In this document: positions 1 to 12,429 of the stretch, piece by piece | Layout: each line of letters opens with the position of its first letter | Numbering within the stretch: position 1 is the stretch's first letter | Assembly (NCBI GenBank): GCA_002633005.1 | Contig: NMRA01000085.1 | Location: forward strand, 851,252-915,251 | DNA length: 64,000 nucleotides | Origin: Phoronis australis | Taxonomy: Eukaryota > Animalia > Phoronida | Direction of reading: 5' to 3' | Position numbers and translations under genes: made by a program | The notes under the pieces: model-generated | Told to the model about the DNA's origin: nothing | The model's database searches: none | What the model saw: the letters and a program-made list of their open reading frames with translations, nothing else

Positions 1-979
1 TCTGCGGATATTCTTGGATTTTGCATATTAAGTGATTTGTTATTCTTGGTGTCATTGCTGTAATTTTAGTTGAAAAAGTCTGCTGTTGAAACGTAGACTT
101 TTGTTGTAGTCCTTCCTGGCTATGTAATCACATTTTCTTTGGTTTTGTTTCATGATTTGGTAGTGATTTCTCTGTTTGTACATTCCATTTTGCTCCCTCA
201 GTTATCGCATAAGTGTCATAGACTGAGAACGATGCAAATAATGAATATATTATTAGCTTCATTTAGTTTTCACTGCATTGTATGCATGACACTTGATGAA
301 CTGATTTTTGAAATGTTTTTGGTTGTTAAGATTTTGATATTTCACTTTTGTTCACTTATTTTAAGGAACTAGTGTATTTTAGGAAGTGCATTTTATTTTC
401 TGCAATTAATCACTGTTAATGAAATGTTAATAGAAGTCTAGTTTGTTAAATCTTGATGAGAATCATTAAATTTGTTACTGTACTCCACTCTCGTTTTAGT
501 GAAAGTCGAAATTTTTGAATGTCTGTCCTATTGAAACTTATTTCTTTTAGAAAACTTCAGTTTTCAAAAGTTAGTTCCTTGAAAACTTATGTTCGGAAAA
601 CTTAGTTTTCAAAAACTTAAGTTTTGATGACTTATGTTTGTTGCTAAAAACTTGTTCCAAAACTTAAGTTTTTCAAAAACTTAAGTATTTTGGAACAAGT
701 TTTTTGGAACGAACTTAAGTTTTCAAAACTTAAGTTTTCAGAAAACTTAAGTTTTTGAAAAACTTAAGTTTTCAGAACTTAAGTTTTTGAAAAACTTAAG
801 TTTTCAGAACTTAAGTTTTGGAAAAACTAAGTTATGAAAACTTAAGTTCGTTCCAAAAAACTTGTTCCAAAATACTTAAGTTTTCGCCAAAAACTTAAGT
901 TTTCGGGAATGAAAACTTAAGTTTTTCAGACCAAAAACTTAAGTTTTTCGATGAAAACTTAAGTTCATTTTTGTAAGGG
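1..979. mobile_element. Non-autonomous foldback-type DNA transposon, copy 1 (right part) with AAAACTTAAGTTTT subterminal array
   Basis: Dozens of palindromic AAAACTTAAGTTTT units at ~530-965, ending in ATTTTTGTAAGGG (979), the reverse complement of CCCTTACAAAAAT that opens copy 2 at 4966. Bases 1-640 align by eye with ~5883-6500. Confidence 0.8.
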
Positions 980-1851
980 CTCATTGCCTTTAGAACATTT
1001 CGCCTTTGGCTTTTTAGCAGTCTGTAATTAACTGTGTCGCATGACCATATGAAAATTTAGCAAAAGGGAAGGCATTTTAATAGCAAACTGAAACACGTGT
1101 AGCCTGGACCACACCATAGCAATTCCAGATTTTCGGACAGGGTTATTTTTCAGTCGTTCTGGGGATTCTTGAATTCGTGACTGCCGGTATTGGGTACATA
1201 AAGTAAAACAAAATACCTTCCAGGTCCTTATTTCAAAGGATAAAAAGCTGACCAACTTTGGAGTGATAGGCCTTCTAAACCTTTGTGTAAAAAGAATCGT
1301 ATTTTACAAATGTGAAATACATTGCTTAGTCTTTTTGAAAAGTATTCTGGATGGAGGTTCTGCTATAAGACATCTACAGCAAATATGTTTTTGCTGAAGA
1401 AAGATGATATTGAACAATTGATTATCTTCCTTACAGTTTTGCCAAATACAGCTGTTTGAATATCTATATATTTTACATTACACATATAATTCATTACCTA
1501 TTCTATCTCAAAATGACTTACAGAAGTAGTTCCACAACGGATGCTCTAATCTTCCAAGTTCATTCTTACAATAAGTACTTCGATCAGTTGGAAAGTTACA
1601 TGTACCACAGTTTCGCATTACGAAATTATTAGTTGGTAAGATTTTTGGTCCAATTACCTTTTGCAGCTATCTGAGTCTGACTGTTCAAGTACTAAAAACA
1701 GAGGTTTATAAACACAATTGCCATATGCTGCCATGGCTAACAAGGTAGCAACAGCAAGTCGATGGAGAGCAGCATAAAAACTAACACAGTCGAGGAGGAC
1801 ACACAAAGTTTGTTAACTCTAAGTACTACTATATTTATTTAACTCTAAGTA

Positions 1852-1855
<4 letters not shown>

Positions 1856-1886
<31 letters not shown>
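1856..1886. repeat. (TA)n microsatellite
   Basis: About 15 uninterrupted TA units. Confidence 0.95.
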
Positions 1887-1889
<3 letters not shown>

Positions 1890-2423
1890 TAGAAATATGT
1901 GTGGGTTGTGAGTGCAAAACAACAACAATATTGAGAGTTCCGGTGCTTTCATCCAACTCATAAACATGAATGGAGCCTGGACAGCAGTTTGGCATGTAGC
2001 GTTTCACTATGAGTGGACACTGTTCAGTGACATAGTAAACAACAACACAAGATGTCCGGAATTGTTATATAACATAAACTGTTTTGTTGGGACAGTTGTA
2101 CGTCATAGGAAATCATGAAACTTGCACTCAAATAACTTCATGAGAATTCACGACACATATTTTTCCATCTTCATCATTTTGGTTTTTTGAAATAAAGTTG
2201 AAAATATCTACCCCATCCATGTGGAAATTACATGCATAACGAGAGTTGAACAGCAAACAACCATTATCAGAAACAGCAAAACAAAGAAAGTATTGGGGGA
2301 AACAAATGCAAATACAGGAATGAGGTCAAAGGTCAATGTAACAACCTACAAACCATTCATTTGAGCACTAATAAACTCTTATTCCAATTCTAGCTCAGAT
2401 TAGCTTCCATGTCACCGGTACTT

Positions 2424-3803
2424 CTACGCGTATAAACCAAAATCTGGACAGTTAATGTTGTATTTCTTGGCTGTTTTTTCGACATTCTTTACCAATGAAA
2501 TGTCAAAAGGGAAAGTCTTATTTTTAATGAAGGGGACTAGCATGCGATCGTTCTCTTCAATCATCTTCTTGCACTTTTCCAATGCATCCTTTCCTTTACA
2601 CAATGACTCCGAGCTGTAGGAAAATTCTTCTACGAAAATATTGTCTTTAAATTTATCACAAACTTTTTTTTCATTGCCGTAGACGTGTTTGTATAGTTTG
2701 CAATACGACTTTTGCGTTACCTCTAAGTAATCTGTGCCTGGCTTGGCATTTATCCCATCGTGGTGACCCCAGTGAATAGCCTGGTGAAGTTTCCATGTGG
2801 TTTCTTCAGGTTTCACGTTAAAAATTTTTTTATGCCTGACATTGTAATATTTCAGAAACGCTGGCTCAACTAAATCCAAATGCCAGTAGTACCTATCGTG
2901 CTCATAATACCAAGCGTAATTACACAATATGTTAACAGGACTTAATATATTCGTTTCATACATTTCATAAAACGCTTCGTCGAACGACTTGGTATTAAAT
3001 CGCTTCATAGCAAAGTTGCGAAAGTTTGAAAAAGTGTCTCTCCAAAAGTATGTTGGGAAGTACGTCATGCAGTCCGCCACAGCCGGATATCCGATTGCTA
3101 TGAATACTGTTTCAAACCACTGTTTTACCCAACCATACTTCATTCTGTTGGATGTACCATAAGCTACGACACGTCCGTTCCGTATAACATCATGTGGCAT
3201 CGCTGGACTTATGAACACAACGTCTGAATCGAGCCACCCAACAACTTCTTTTGACGTATACCTATCCATAAAGAAACTGCTATAAAGCTGTCTTTTATAA
3301 CCGAAGTCGTGATGGTTTGGATCAGGGCATGCCTTCAGCTTGTCAGGATTCTCTGGAAGGGGCTCGTACTGCACGACCACTCGGACAAAGTCGAACTTCT
3401 CTTTTGTGAACATTTCTCCCATCTGGTGGTCCTTTTTGCTTTCATCATCCATGATAACCACAATCGTTTCTCCGTAAATAGGAGACCAATAGAGCACCAG
3501 TGTTCGCATAACCATACAGAGGAACCGTGCTATGAGATTTTTACCAACTGCATTCTCTGTCGACACTCGTAACATTAACTCCACTCGAGGGTTAACTTTT
3601 CGATGAGGTTGCAGATCTTCAGTCTTAATCCGTTTGGTGCTGTTTGGCGTATTTCCCTTCCGCATGTTTGGCGTATTTCCCTTCCACACATGTCTCACTT
3701 GTGTTCCTACCTCCATATCCCGTGTGCCATAAAGTAGAATAAGTGACGTGAAGAATATGATGAAGACGCATACCACCGCAACTGCTACCCTTTTAGCCGC
3801 CAT
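2424..3803 (-). CDS. Single-coding-exon type II membrane protein, putative GT-A-fold glycosyltransferase-like (DxD motif)
   Basis: Intact 459-aa ORF. Short basic N-terminus, hydrophobic TM segment (VAVAVVCVFIIFFTSLILLY), stem region, then GYKRQLYSSFFMD..VGWLDSDVVF (DxD) and a Cys-containing C-terminus. Splice-acceptor-like TTGCAG 5 nt upstream of the ATG (exon start 3808). Confidence 0.8.
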   Translation of the reverse strand: MAAKRVAVAVVCVFIIFFTSLILLYGTRDMEVGTQVRHVWKGNTPNMRKGNTPNSTKRIKTEDLQPHRKVNPRVELMLRVSTENAVGKNLIARFLCMVMRTLVLYWSPIYGETIVVIMDDESKKDHQMGEMFTKEKFDFVRVVVQYEPLPENPDKLKACPDPNHHDFGYKRQLYSSFFMDRYTSKEVVGWLDSDVVFISPAMPHDVIRNGRVVAYGTSNRMKYGWVKQWFETVFIAIGYPAVADCMTYFPTYFWRDTFSNFRNFAMKRFNTKSFDEAFYEMYETNILSPVNILCNYAWYYEHDRYYWHLDLVEPAFLKYYNVRHKKIFNVKPEETTWKLHQAIHWGHHDGINAKPGTDYLEVTQKSYCKLYKHVYGNEKKVCDKFKDNIFVEEFSYSSESLCKGKDALEKCKKMIEENDRMLVPFIKNKTFPFDISLVKNVEKTAKKYNINCPDFGLYA

Positions 3804-4038
3804 TGGACCTGCAACAATTATAACGATATAAATGTTTCACCACAGATATTCTTACAGAACATTGGGCGCAGCTCCAGTGATTTTATATTGTTAATTAGGG
3901 TAGTAACTTTTCATTTTTCGTGTGTGGCGAGATATATCTTCGAGTGTTGATAATTAGATTCCTCACATTTTAAGTAGCCCGCATTGTGTGGAAAATCAGA
4001 TTGCATGCCCTTTATATTTGCATGGTATACTTTGTTAA

Positions 4039-7000
4039 GGTTATCTCAAACCAAATTTAGGGGCCCCCATTGTAACTCGTATATCACAAAAACTAAGCTT
4101 TTTCAACTAGTAAAGGTATATTTTTTGAAAGAAAAGAGATCAGGAAATATAAAAATGTTTTGTATTTATGTACCATAATTATTATAATGTTAACACGTTC
4201 ATTGCAAAATAACCCCTCGGTCGATTTCAATGAAACATTTTTAAATGAAAACTTCAAGCAGCTGTTACCTCAAAAACAATGTTAGGAATTTCCGATTAGT
4301 TTTTTCGTTTGGTTTCAAATTAATTCGCAAAACATAAGATATTTTTGTAAAAATAGAACTCGTACTCGCCTCTGTTACATCACACAAAAACTAGGCCTTT
4401 ATATTGAAAATGCAAAAGAGTTGTTTTGTTTAGATTGATGAGTAAATATTTAGTTTGGAAAGTTTCAGAGAAATCCACCAAGTCGTTTTCGAGAACTCGT
4501 GTTCCTAATTTCAAAAAATGTAGATTTGCCGAAGCCGAGAAAAGGCCGATTAAACTAGAACGAGTGAAAATCTTTCGGTTAATTATTCGGTGAAAACTTT
4601 TTTTTTGGTAAATATAACCTTTACATGCCTTAACTAAGTCAGGTATTTCAACATTCACTCGCAATGTCAACTGGATTTGCAGTGCGCAATTAACTTAATC
4701 ATCATTAAAACGTACCGTTCCCAGCCACAACGTGGAATCAACTTTTGCTGTTCTTTGACCTACTTTTAAGTTCATTGTTATACACATACATGTAGTCTGT
4801 ACACATCACGTGCCGGGAGGCTGATACGAAACCAAGTAAGAAATGGGTAGCAAATATTGAGTTGGTGGTTAAAGCAGGAGATCGAAACAGCGAAATGTCA
4901 ATTATTGAATTAAGGAATTTGGGTGAAAAATTATCTCTTTTCACAACTTGCTGTGTTCATGACCACCCTTACAAAAATTAATTGAAGTTATTCGATGAAA
5001 ACTTACGTTTTTGGCCAAAAACTTAAGTTTTTGGAAAATAACTTGTTTTTTTGAGTGAAAAACTTAAGTTTTTAAAAGGAACTTAAGTTTTAGTTTTTCG
5101 TCACCATCATAAGAGCTTAAGTTTTTCAGAAAAAAGTCTTTTTCAAGTATAAAATTAAAATTTCCACAAACTTAAGTTTGAAGTAATAACTTTTAAGTTT
5201 TTCGTACAATCAAAACTTGAGTTTTTCTGATAATTTGAGTTCATCACAAAACATGAGTCTTTCGAATTATAAAAATTTAAGTTTTCTTGACATGTTCAGT
5301 TTTTCTAACTTACGTTTTTCCAATTATGAAAAACTTAAGAAGTCAGGAAAACTTAAGTTTTTCATGTATGGAAAACTAGTTTTCTGAAAACTATAAGATT
5401 TCTATGTTATCAAAATTTACGCTTCAAGTTTTGAAAATTTGAATATTGTGAGATATTTTATTTTTATTGTTCGAAGCTTTTTTTTCAATTTTTTCAACAA
5501 AAAATTCTTGTTTGCTTTCGCAAAACCCATCATTTAATTAAAATGCATGCATGTAAATTGACAAATTCGTTGCCCTGAATGTTTCTTTCGCAAGAAACAC
5601 TTCGCAAGTTGAGTGTATTGGCATGGTTGTGTGTGCTTATGTCTTTGTGTTCGTAGTAATTCTTGGTAGCTCCTTATTTTGAAATCTCATTTCATTAAAG
5701 GTCAACAATTTGCAAGATTCACTTGCCTGGTTCTCAAAATTAGGATTCACCATTGATGACCAAAGTACATGTAACTATTGTATTGATCTGAAAAAATTTT
5801 CGTCATTTAGTTTTCACTACCTGTTGTGACCCTTGCCGACAAACTTTCAGTTACCTGTTATATTTAATTTTATGCTCTTGTCTCTGGGGAGATTCTTGGA
5901 TTCTGCATATTTCGTGATTTGCTATTCCTGGTGTCATTGGTGTAATTTAGTAAAAAAAACGTCTTTGCTGGTTAAGCATTGGCTTTTGTTGTAGTACTTT
6001 CTAGCCATGTCATCACTTTTTTCATTGATATTTTCATGATTTGGTAGTGATTACTCTATATCGATTCCATTTCGACCCCTCAATTGTCGCATATTCTCAT
6101 AGAATGACGAATATGCATGTGTGAATATATTATTAGCCTGATTTAGTTTTCACTGCATTGTATTTATTACTGATTTTTGAAATATTTCTGGTTTTTGAGG
6201 TCCTTGTATTTCACATATGCCCACGTCACTTATTTTAAGGAACTAGTGTATTTTGAGCATGGCTATTTTATTTTCTGCAATTAATCACTGTTAATGAATT
6301 GTTAAGAGAACTCTATTGTTGTTAAATGATGCATGAAAGTCATTAAATTTGTTATGACTGTACTCCACTCTTGTTTAACTTAGTGAAAATGGAGTTTTCT
6401 GAAACTTATTGCTCTTGGAAAACTTCAGTTTTCAAAAGTTAATTTATTGAAAACTTAAGTTCTGATAATTTAAAGATTTCAAAAACTTAAATTTTGATAA
6501 TTTGAGATTGTTCCAAGAAACTTGTTCAAAAATACTTAAGTTTTTGAAAAAAAACTTAAGTTTCTGAAACTTAAGCTTCAAAAATTTGTTCCAAAATACT
6601 TAAGTTTTCGTGATTGTTCATTTTTATGCACAGAGGCGTTAGGCGACTCATTTCATTCGTTCTCAACGGTCGTATGCACATAGACGCACAACTCCCTCAA
6701 GATCAGAACTACGTTTTCGTTTTTTCTTTCCTCCTCGGCACCATTCTATCATAAATACACCTCGTTGACTCGATATTTTGGCGACTCGGTGAATGAAAGG
6801 ACTGGGAGTACATATGAAGCTGTTCTGTACCTGGCGGGAGATTCGATTTGAATGGACGCCCTGTATGTTTGACCTCGTATAAGTAGCAAATAAATATCTA
6901 TGCGGTTGTGCGGTTCCAAGGTGGTTCTTCTAAATCTTTTTTTCTCGCTGCACGGTATATATTTCCCTGAAAATGAAGACAGATATTTTGCTAAACACAT

Positions 7001-7051
7001 GTAAAATATTGTAAAAATGGCAAATTTTTGTGAATAAGGTTTGAGATAACC
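4039..7051. mobile_element. Kolobok-like non-autonomous DNA transposon (TTAA TSD, 14-bp perfect TIR)
   Basis: TTAA(4035-4038)|GGTTATCTCAAACC ... GGTTTGAGATAACC|TTAA(7052-7055). RR termini plus a TTAA target are the Kolobok signature; piggyBac ends usually start with CC. Confidence 0.8.
4966..6625. mobile_element. Foldback-type DNA transposon, copy 2, nested in the Kolobok-like element; right end degenerate
   Basis: Starts CCCTTACAAAAAT, with AAAACTTAAGTTTT arrays at both ends (4995-5420 and 6400-6610). Internal part is homologous to window 1-640. Confidence 0.8.
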
Positions 7052-7119
7052 TTAACGTTGAGAATGGGGGAGCTCATGGGCCTGGTTGTACTCACAGTCG
7101 TAAGCCCGGGTAGAAAAAT

Positions 7120-7216
7120 CTAGGCGATATCAAGTGCTCTCGTTTAAAATACATGGCAATAGCTCGCGTAATCTCGCGAAGTCTTGATTTTCAAGCGAGG
7201 TCCTAGCGTTATTGAA
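7120..7216. repeat. Partial copy of the CGTTCAGTAACGCTAGGACC MITE family
   Basis: Reverse complement matches 16685-16760 (…AAGTCTTGATTTTCAAGCGAGGTCCTAGCGTTATTGAA). Confidence 0.6.
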
Positions 7217-7759
7217 GGATCCCCTGGTCTCAGCTAAGACCATCGTGTCTTGAAATTATATCGGCAACTACTACTCATTATCGTAGTAACGAAGGTTGGT
7301 GTTCAGCTTGAATTTTCCGTTTAAAGGCTGTTTTTAACTAGTTTAATGTTTGTAACGAATCAGGGAATTTCTGTCAATGTTAAAGTCCTAGATTTAAAAA
7401 CATAATGGCTATCATGCGACTGTGTACGTATAGTAGAGAAGTCATTTATTGCAAGGAACTGATACCCTGTTCACACGCTGACAAAAAGCAACCGTTTTCG
7501 CTATCACTTTCGCTAGGAGCCAGTAAAGTGAACGGTCGAAATGGTCACTTTTGCTTTTTCTGGAGGTTTGAGTTACCTTAAAGCCACTCGGCCAAATCAC
7601 AATCAAGGTGCCCACTTTTGGTGAAAAATGAAGGTTGTCATATAACTGTAAAAGCTGGGTTATTTTCAAGTACCATCATTCCAAGTTTGTAATCTAAAAT
7701 ATTTTTGCACAAGAACCGCCGAATAAATTTTTATGGCCTAATGCATCGCAGTTGTATAA

Positions 7760-9367
7760 AAGGGTACGTACACTACAACTTGTTGTCACAGGCCACTTCT
7801 ATCATGTAAAAATTCATAAGGCAGCTGTTAATTTAATAAGTTTTTGATTAAATTGAAGAAGTATCACATACTAAAATAAAAAAGTTATTACCGTGCTGAT
7901 CAAGTTGTTCTAGATGATGATACATTGCATATCTTAACACAGTATAATGAGAACTTCCTTCTCCTGCAATATGATTCTTACAAAAAGAAAATGACAAGTA
8001 ACAACTTTTTCAAAAACTTTAGTGGTGCTATTTGCCTAGTTTTCAATACATTCACCAGTTGGTCAAAATAGTTAAAGCAATGCTAGGCCCAATGTTCCAC
8101 CAATTGTAAAGAGTAAAAATGGTAATAGTTGGGGGGGGGGGTACGTACAATACGCAAATTTAATCAACGTCAAATTTTGACTAAGTTACAAATGTATGGG
8201 ATGGTCTCGAGTTTTGTGCTGCCTCTACTTGTTGGTTTGTTGCAAGTTGAAGTTGTCTTGAGAGACAGAGAACAACCTGCCTCTGCAACATCAGTTGTCA
8301 CATGACGTGTCTTCTAGGATTTTCAGTACTAGTCAAGTCCTGTGTGGCGTTTTATTGTCCACAAATTTGATAATATCCATTGTTTTTTGTCAGACTGTAT
8401 TCATTTTGAAAATATCAGTATTGTTCATGAGAACAGCAGCTGCATGTAAAAAATCTTGTTCGCAATACTTTATACCACAGAGGTTGAAGGTACGTACACT
8501 ACACAGGGATACGTACACTACATTTCAATGACTTTTCAGGTTTATAAAAAATAATTAAAATCTACTGAGAGTTAATTCATTTACCAATATTCAAAGAGAA
8601 CAAATAAAAAGTGCAGCATGCAGTCATGTGCATATCTGTCTGTCATTCTTTGAAAACAGGCACATGTTAAAGTATAGGGATACGTACACTACATAAATGC
8701 AAATATTTCACTCAAAACAAATGTATTTGTAATTAACACCCTTTTAACCTAGCATTTATAATGGCGGAAGCTGTCTGTGACAACTGTTGCTTACTTACCG
8801 TGTAATATTTTTGTTTCGTGGTATTTATTCACATGGGGGTACGTACACTACACGGGTACGTACACTACATTTCAAGTGACATGTCAAGTTTGTAACTAAA
8901 TACTAAGAATCTATTGAGAGTTAGTTGATTTACTAAATCAAGTCAAAGAGAAAAAATAAAAAGCATAGCATTCATGTGCACATCTGCCATACTTTGAAAA
9001 TGGCACAAATTAAAATATGGGGATACGTACTCTACACAATTGGTAATATTTCACTCAAAACAATTGTTTTGGCAATAAACACTCTTTTAACCTAACATTT
9101 TTAAAGAAGGAAACTGTCTATGATCAATGTTGCTCACTTACCAAGTGATATTTTAATTTCATGGCATTTGTAAACATGGGGGTACGTACACTACAAAAGG
9201 GGTACGTACACTACATCACTATTTCTGCATCACATGGTAACATAATGTTGCATGGCCATTTATTTTTCTTTGATGATAATAAGCACCATAATGTTATTAA
9301 AAGGCAAAAATTTCATTTGCAATGACCATTTGTATTACTGAATTCCACATGGGGGTACGTACACTAT
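7760..9367. repeat. Interspersed GGGTACGTACACTAC motif array including a ~345-bp tandem duplication
   Basis: About 11 same-orientation copies of the motif (near 7762, 8140, 8489, 8506, 8677, 8836, 8854, 9019, 9178, 9199, 9351). 8490-8838 is similar to 8839-9185. Confidence 0.8.
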
Positions 9368-10013
9368 ATTTTGTTAGCCTTTTTGCCCCATTTTCAACAT
9401 AGCAGAACCCATTCAATATCCAAACTTTTGGTTTGTTTAGATATTGAATAATTTGCTGTGTTGCCTAGGCTAACATATTCTGCAATTCGTTTTATTACAG
9501 ACTGTGAACTTTAGTTAGAAACACAGAATTTACATATTTCGTAACGAGTGCCTGTTTTATGATGAACTCTACCATTTCTCAGTGATTAAGCACAACTTCG
9601 TCTAAGTGATTCTGAAAGTGACTCAAGTAATTCCCCGTCATATCAAAACAATTGATTGCTCGATAAAATAAATTTCTTTTCTACTCTTGACAGTTGAAAA
9701 TTGTTAAAATGGCCACTCGTAACGCTAAAAATGCATGAAATTCATAGACAAAAACATGCATAAATTTCTCAAACATTGTCCGATTTTGATGATTCTTTTT
9801 TTAATTTGCACAACTAAATAACTCTTTGCATAATGAGATGCAGTTAGCATCTGGTAAGTAGCCAAAAATTATTTTAGACCGTAACACAGTCAACTCTCGA
9901 TTATGCATCTTGATTGTGATTTAGCCGACTGCGTTTTCGCTAGCCGCATTTTTGTGACCAGATCGCTCACGTTTTCTCCACACATTACAATGAGCTTAGC
10001 AAACTACGCATCA

Positions 10014-10909
10014 GGTTAAACGAAAATCGTTTAATCACTACATCTCAGTGTGACACGGAGCACTTTGGCTCTGAAATTGAAATGTCCAAAGCCAAAAAAA
10101 TTACTATGTAACGGAGAGATTATTAAATCTGTCTCGTCTACTAAATATATTGGAGTTCACTTTGAACTGAGCCGCTGTCATGTGAAATGACTGCTGAAAA
10201 TATTCTTAAGAAGGCTAAGTCCAGACTTAAATTTTTATATCGCCAGTGTAACTATTTAAAAGTCGTTACTCAACGTATGTTAGTTCTGGCTCTGCAGCAG
10301 TTATTAGTTAGTTTGTTATTGTTGTGGCACATCCGGCTGTGCGACACCTGTTGAGAAGTCTGCTTCGACCGCCATTGTATTACAAGTTTGCGTCTGATTA
10401 CAGTTACATATTTCGATGCACTTTGGTGTTCGTTTATCCACTGGCGTTTCCGCTACGCTTGCTGTTAATGGTATTCAGGATTGTCCAAAACAAAAAAGGT
10501 AAGTTACAGCGCTTTCAAAATAAAATTATTAGGTTCCTGCTGAACCTTTATACTAGAATACATATTGGAGCAACCGAATTCCTACAGTATACCCTTTCCT
10601 TCGCGAACTACTTTTTTTATTAAACTTCGCTTGATGTATATCATTTTCCATGCCTCCGCTCCGCCATACTTGCTCCACAATAGCTCTCGCATATCACATA
10701 GATACAACACTCGCAATTGTGTTGGCTCGCTCCAAACTCTTTTTTGTAAATCTTTCGGTCAGGCGCCATTTCATTACAGCGGAACTTGGAATGAACTCTC
10801 CATCACCGTAAAAAATACTCAATCCCCAAATTCTTATAAACCCCTTACCACTGTCTTTTTATTCAGTAAATCATATAGTGCTGAAAATAATGTGTATGTC
10901 TATTATTGA
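10014..10909 (+). mobile_element. Degenerate L2/CR1-clade LINE ORF2 3' fragment
   Basis: Broken frames read NGEIIKSVSSTKYIGVHF, ENILKKAKSRLKFLYRQCNYL and KLQRFQNKIIRFLLNL, typical of the post-RT region of CR1/L2 LINEs. Confidence 0.75.
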
Positions 10910-10929
10910 TTTTTACCTCAAATTTCCCG

Positions 10930-12429
10930 TATGTGTTCTTTTTTAAATTTTTTATTCTCCCAGTTCAACATAAGTAAGGACAAAGGTCTGGGATTCCCTT
11001 GCCTTACTTTACAATTCAATGAAATTAAAGTTTACTGTATGTATATTTGAACCGGATTTTAGAAATACATTTAAAAAAATAAAAAATACAAGACAGTGTA
11101 ATAGTATATGGCTCTGAAAAGGGGAGAGATTATTTTGGAATGATAAAATATCTTTACATTGCTATTAAATTATGCATTTGTGACCACCTGTTTGTAAATT
11201 TTTCCATTTGTAAATTTTTTGAATAAATAAGTTTTTCACAGGAGTAATAACTGTTAATTTCTTTTGTTAATATAATTAAAATTGGAGGTTTACCCTTGAG
11301 ACGTTGCTTATATAAATGGAACTTGCAGAGACACAAGATTAAATTTTGAATTGGCTGCCTTCTACATCTGTTTCCAAAGAAAACTGTAAGCACATTTGTA
11401 CCTAGGGAAATATTGGTTTTATTTCTAACCCAATCTTCAACATTGTTCCAAAATTTTGAACAACATCACATTGCCAGTATAAGTGAAGCAAAGTCTCAGG
11501 TTCACTCTTACAAAACGTACACAAGGGGGAGCTACTTACCCCAATTTTGACAAGATAAGAGTTACAGCTAATTATCCTATGTGACAGTCTAAATTGAAAC
11601 CAACGAAGTTTCACATCAAGTGTAAAGTTCACAAAGTAGGCATTTTCCACCATTAAATAGTGTCTGGTATAGCAAGTTCTGCCTGCCATTTCATCTCAGA
11701 CCTAGGCCTAGAATATTTGTTTAGCACATAAGTGCTGTATATATGTTTTGTGCCCTTTTTGTCTGCAAGTAATAATTTCACAAAAATTGGGATAGAGGGT
11801 GCATAGAAGGAAAACTTGTCTCTTTTTGAGATTTTCCATTTTGACAAACAGCCTCTTCGAGCCCATAAAAATTCAAAAATATTGGTCTAAAATTGAACTT
11901 TTTGCAAAAATCTTCAAAAGATAACAAATATCCATGCTCGTCTAGTAGGTCTCGCAGATAATAGACACCCTTTTCAAACCATCTTCTCCAAAACACAGTT
12001 TCTCCACCAATCAATACATTTAGTGTTATACCAAATTGGCTGATATGGTATTTCCTCCTGATCTATTATATTAGAAAAATCATACAGAAAGTTAAATAGT
12101 TCCTTCCAAAAAGGGTTCTCAGTTTGAGAAGCTGGATATTTGTAGAAATACTTCCCAAATTTTAGACACTCCAATGATATCAAATCAGTGATTAAGAGGA
12201 GACTTAACCATGCTGTAGATTTTGTGAGTTTTAAGAACCTCCGCATCCATGTTATCATAATTGCCTTTACAAGAGAGTAAACATCTATCATTTTACAACC
12301 ACCAAATTCATAATTTTGAATCATGGTTTTGCGTCTAATTTTGTCACATTTTCCTTTACAGAACAGATTGCTGGAAATTGGCAAACATGATAAAACTTGA
12401 ATCAGTTTTGGGAGAAGAAATGATTTCAT
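10930..12429 (-). mobile_element. Degenerate Tx1/L1-clade LINE ORF2 C-terminal fragment with RT zinc-binding (zf-RVT) domain
   Basis: Overlapping frameshifted ORFs: KIRRKTMIQNYEFGGCKMID, QPIWYN, WFEKGVYYLRDLLDEHG, KLRWFQFRLSHRIISCN…LCTFCKSEPETLLHLYWQC. Confidence 0.85.

Noticed and set aside
7760-9367. CRISPR-like repeat/spacer array
   Set aside because: Repeats are only ~15 bp, the spacers are long and homologous to each other, the context is eukaryotic and there are no cas genes.
7418-9891. GACTGTGT…ACACAGTC as termini of the motif-array element
   Set aside because: An 8-bp match with no TSD. The right copy may instead be the start of a pogo-like MITE remnant.
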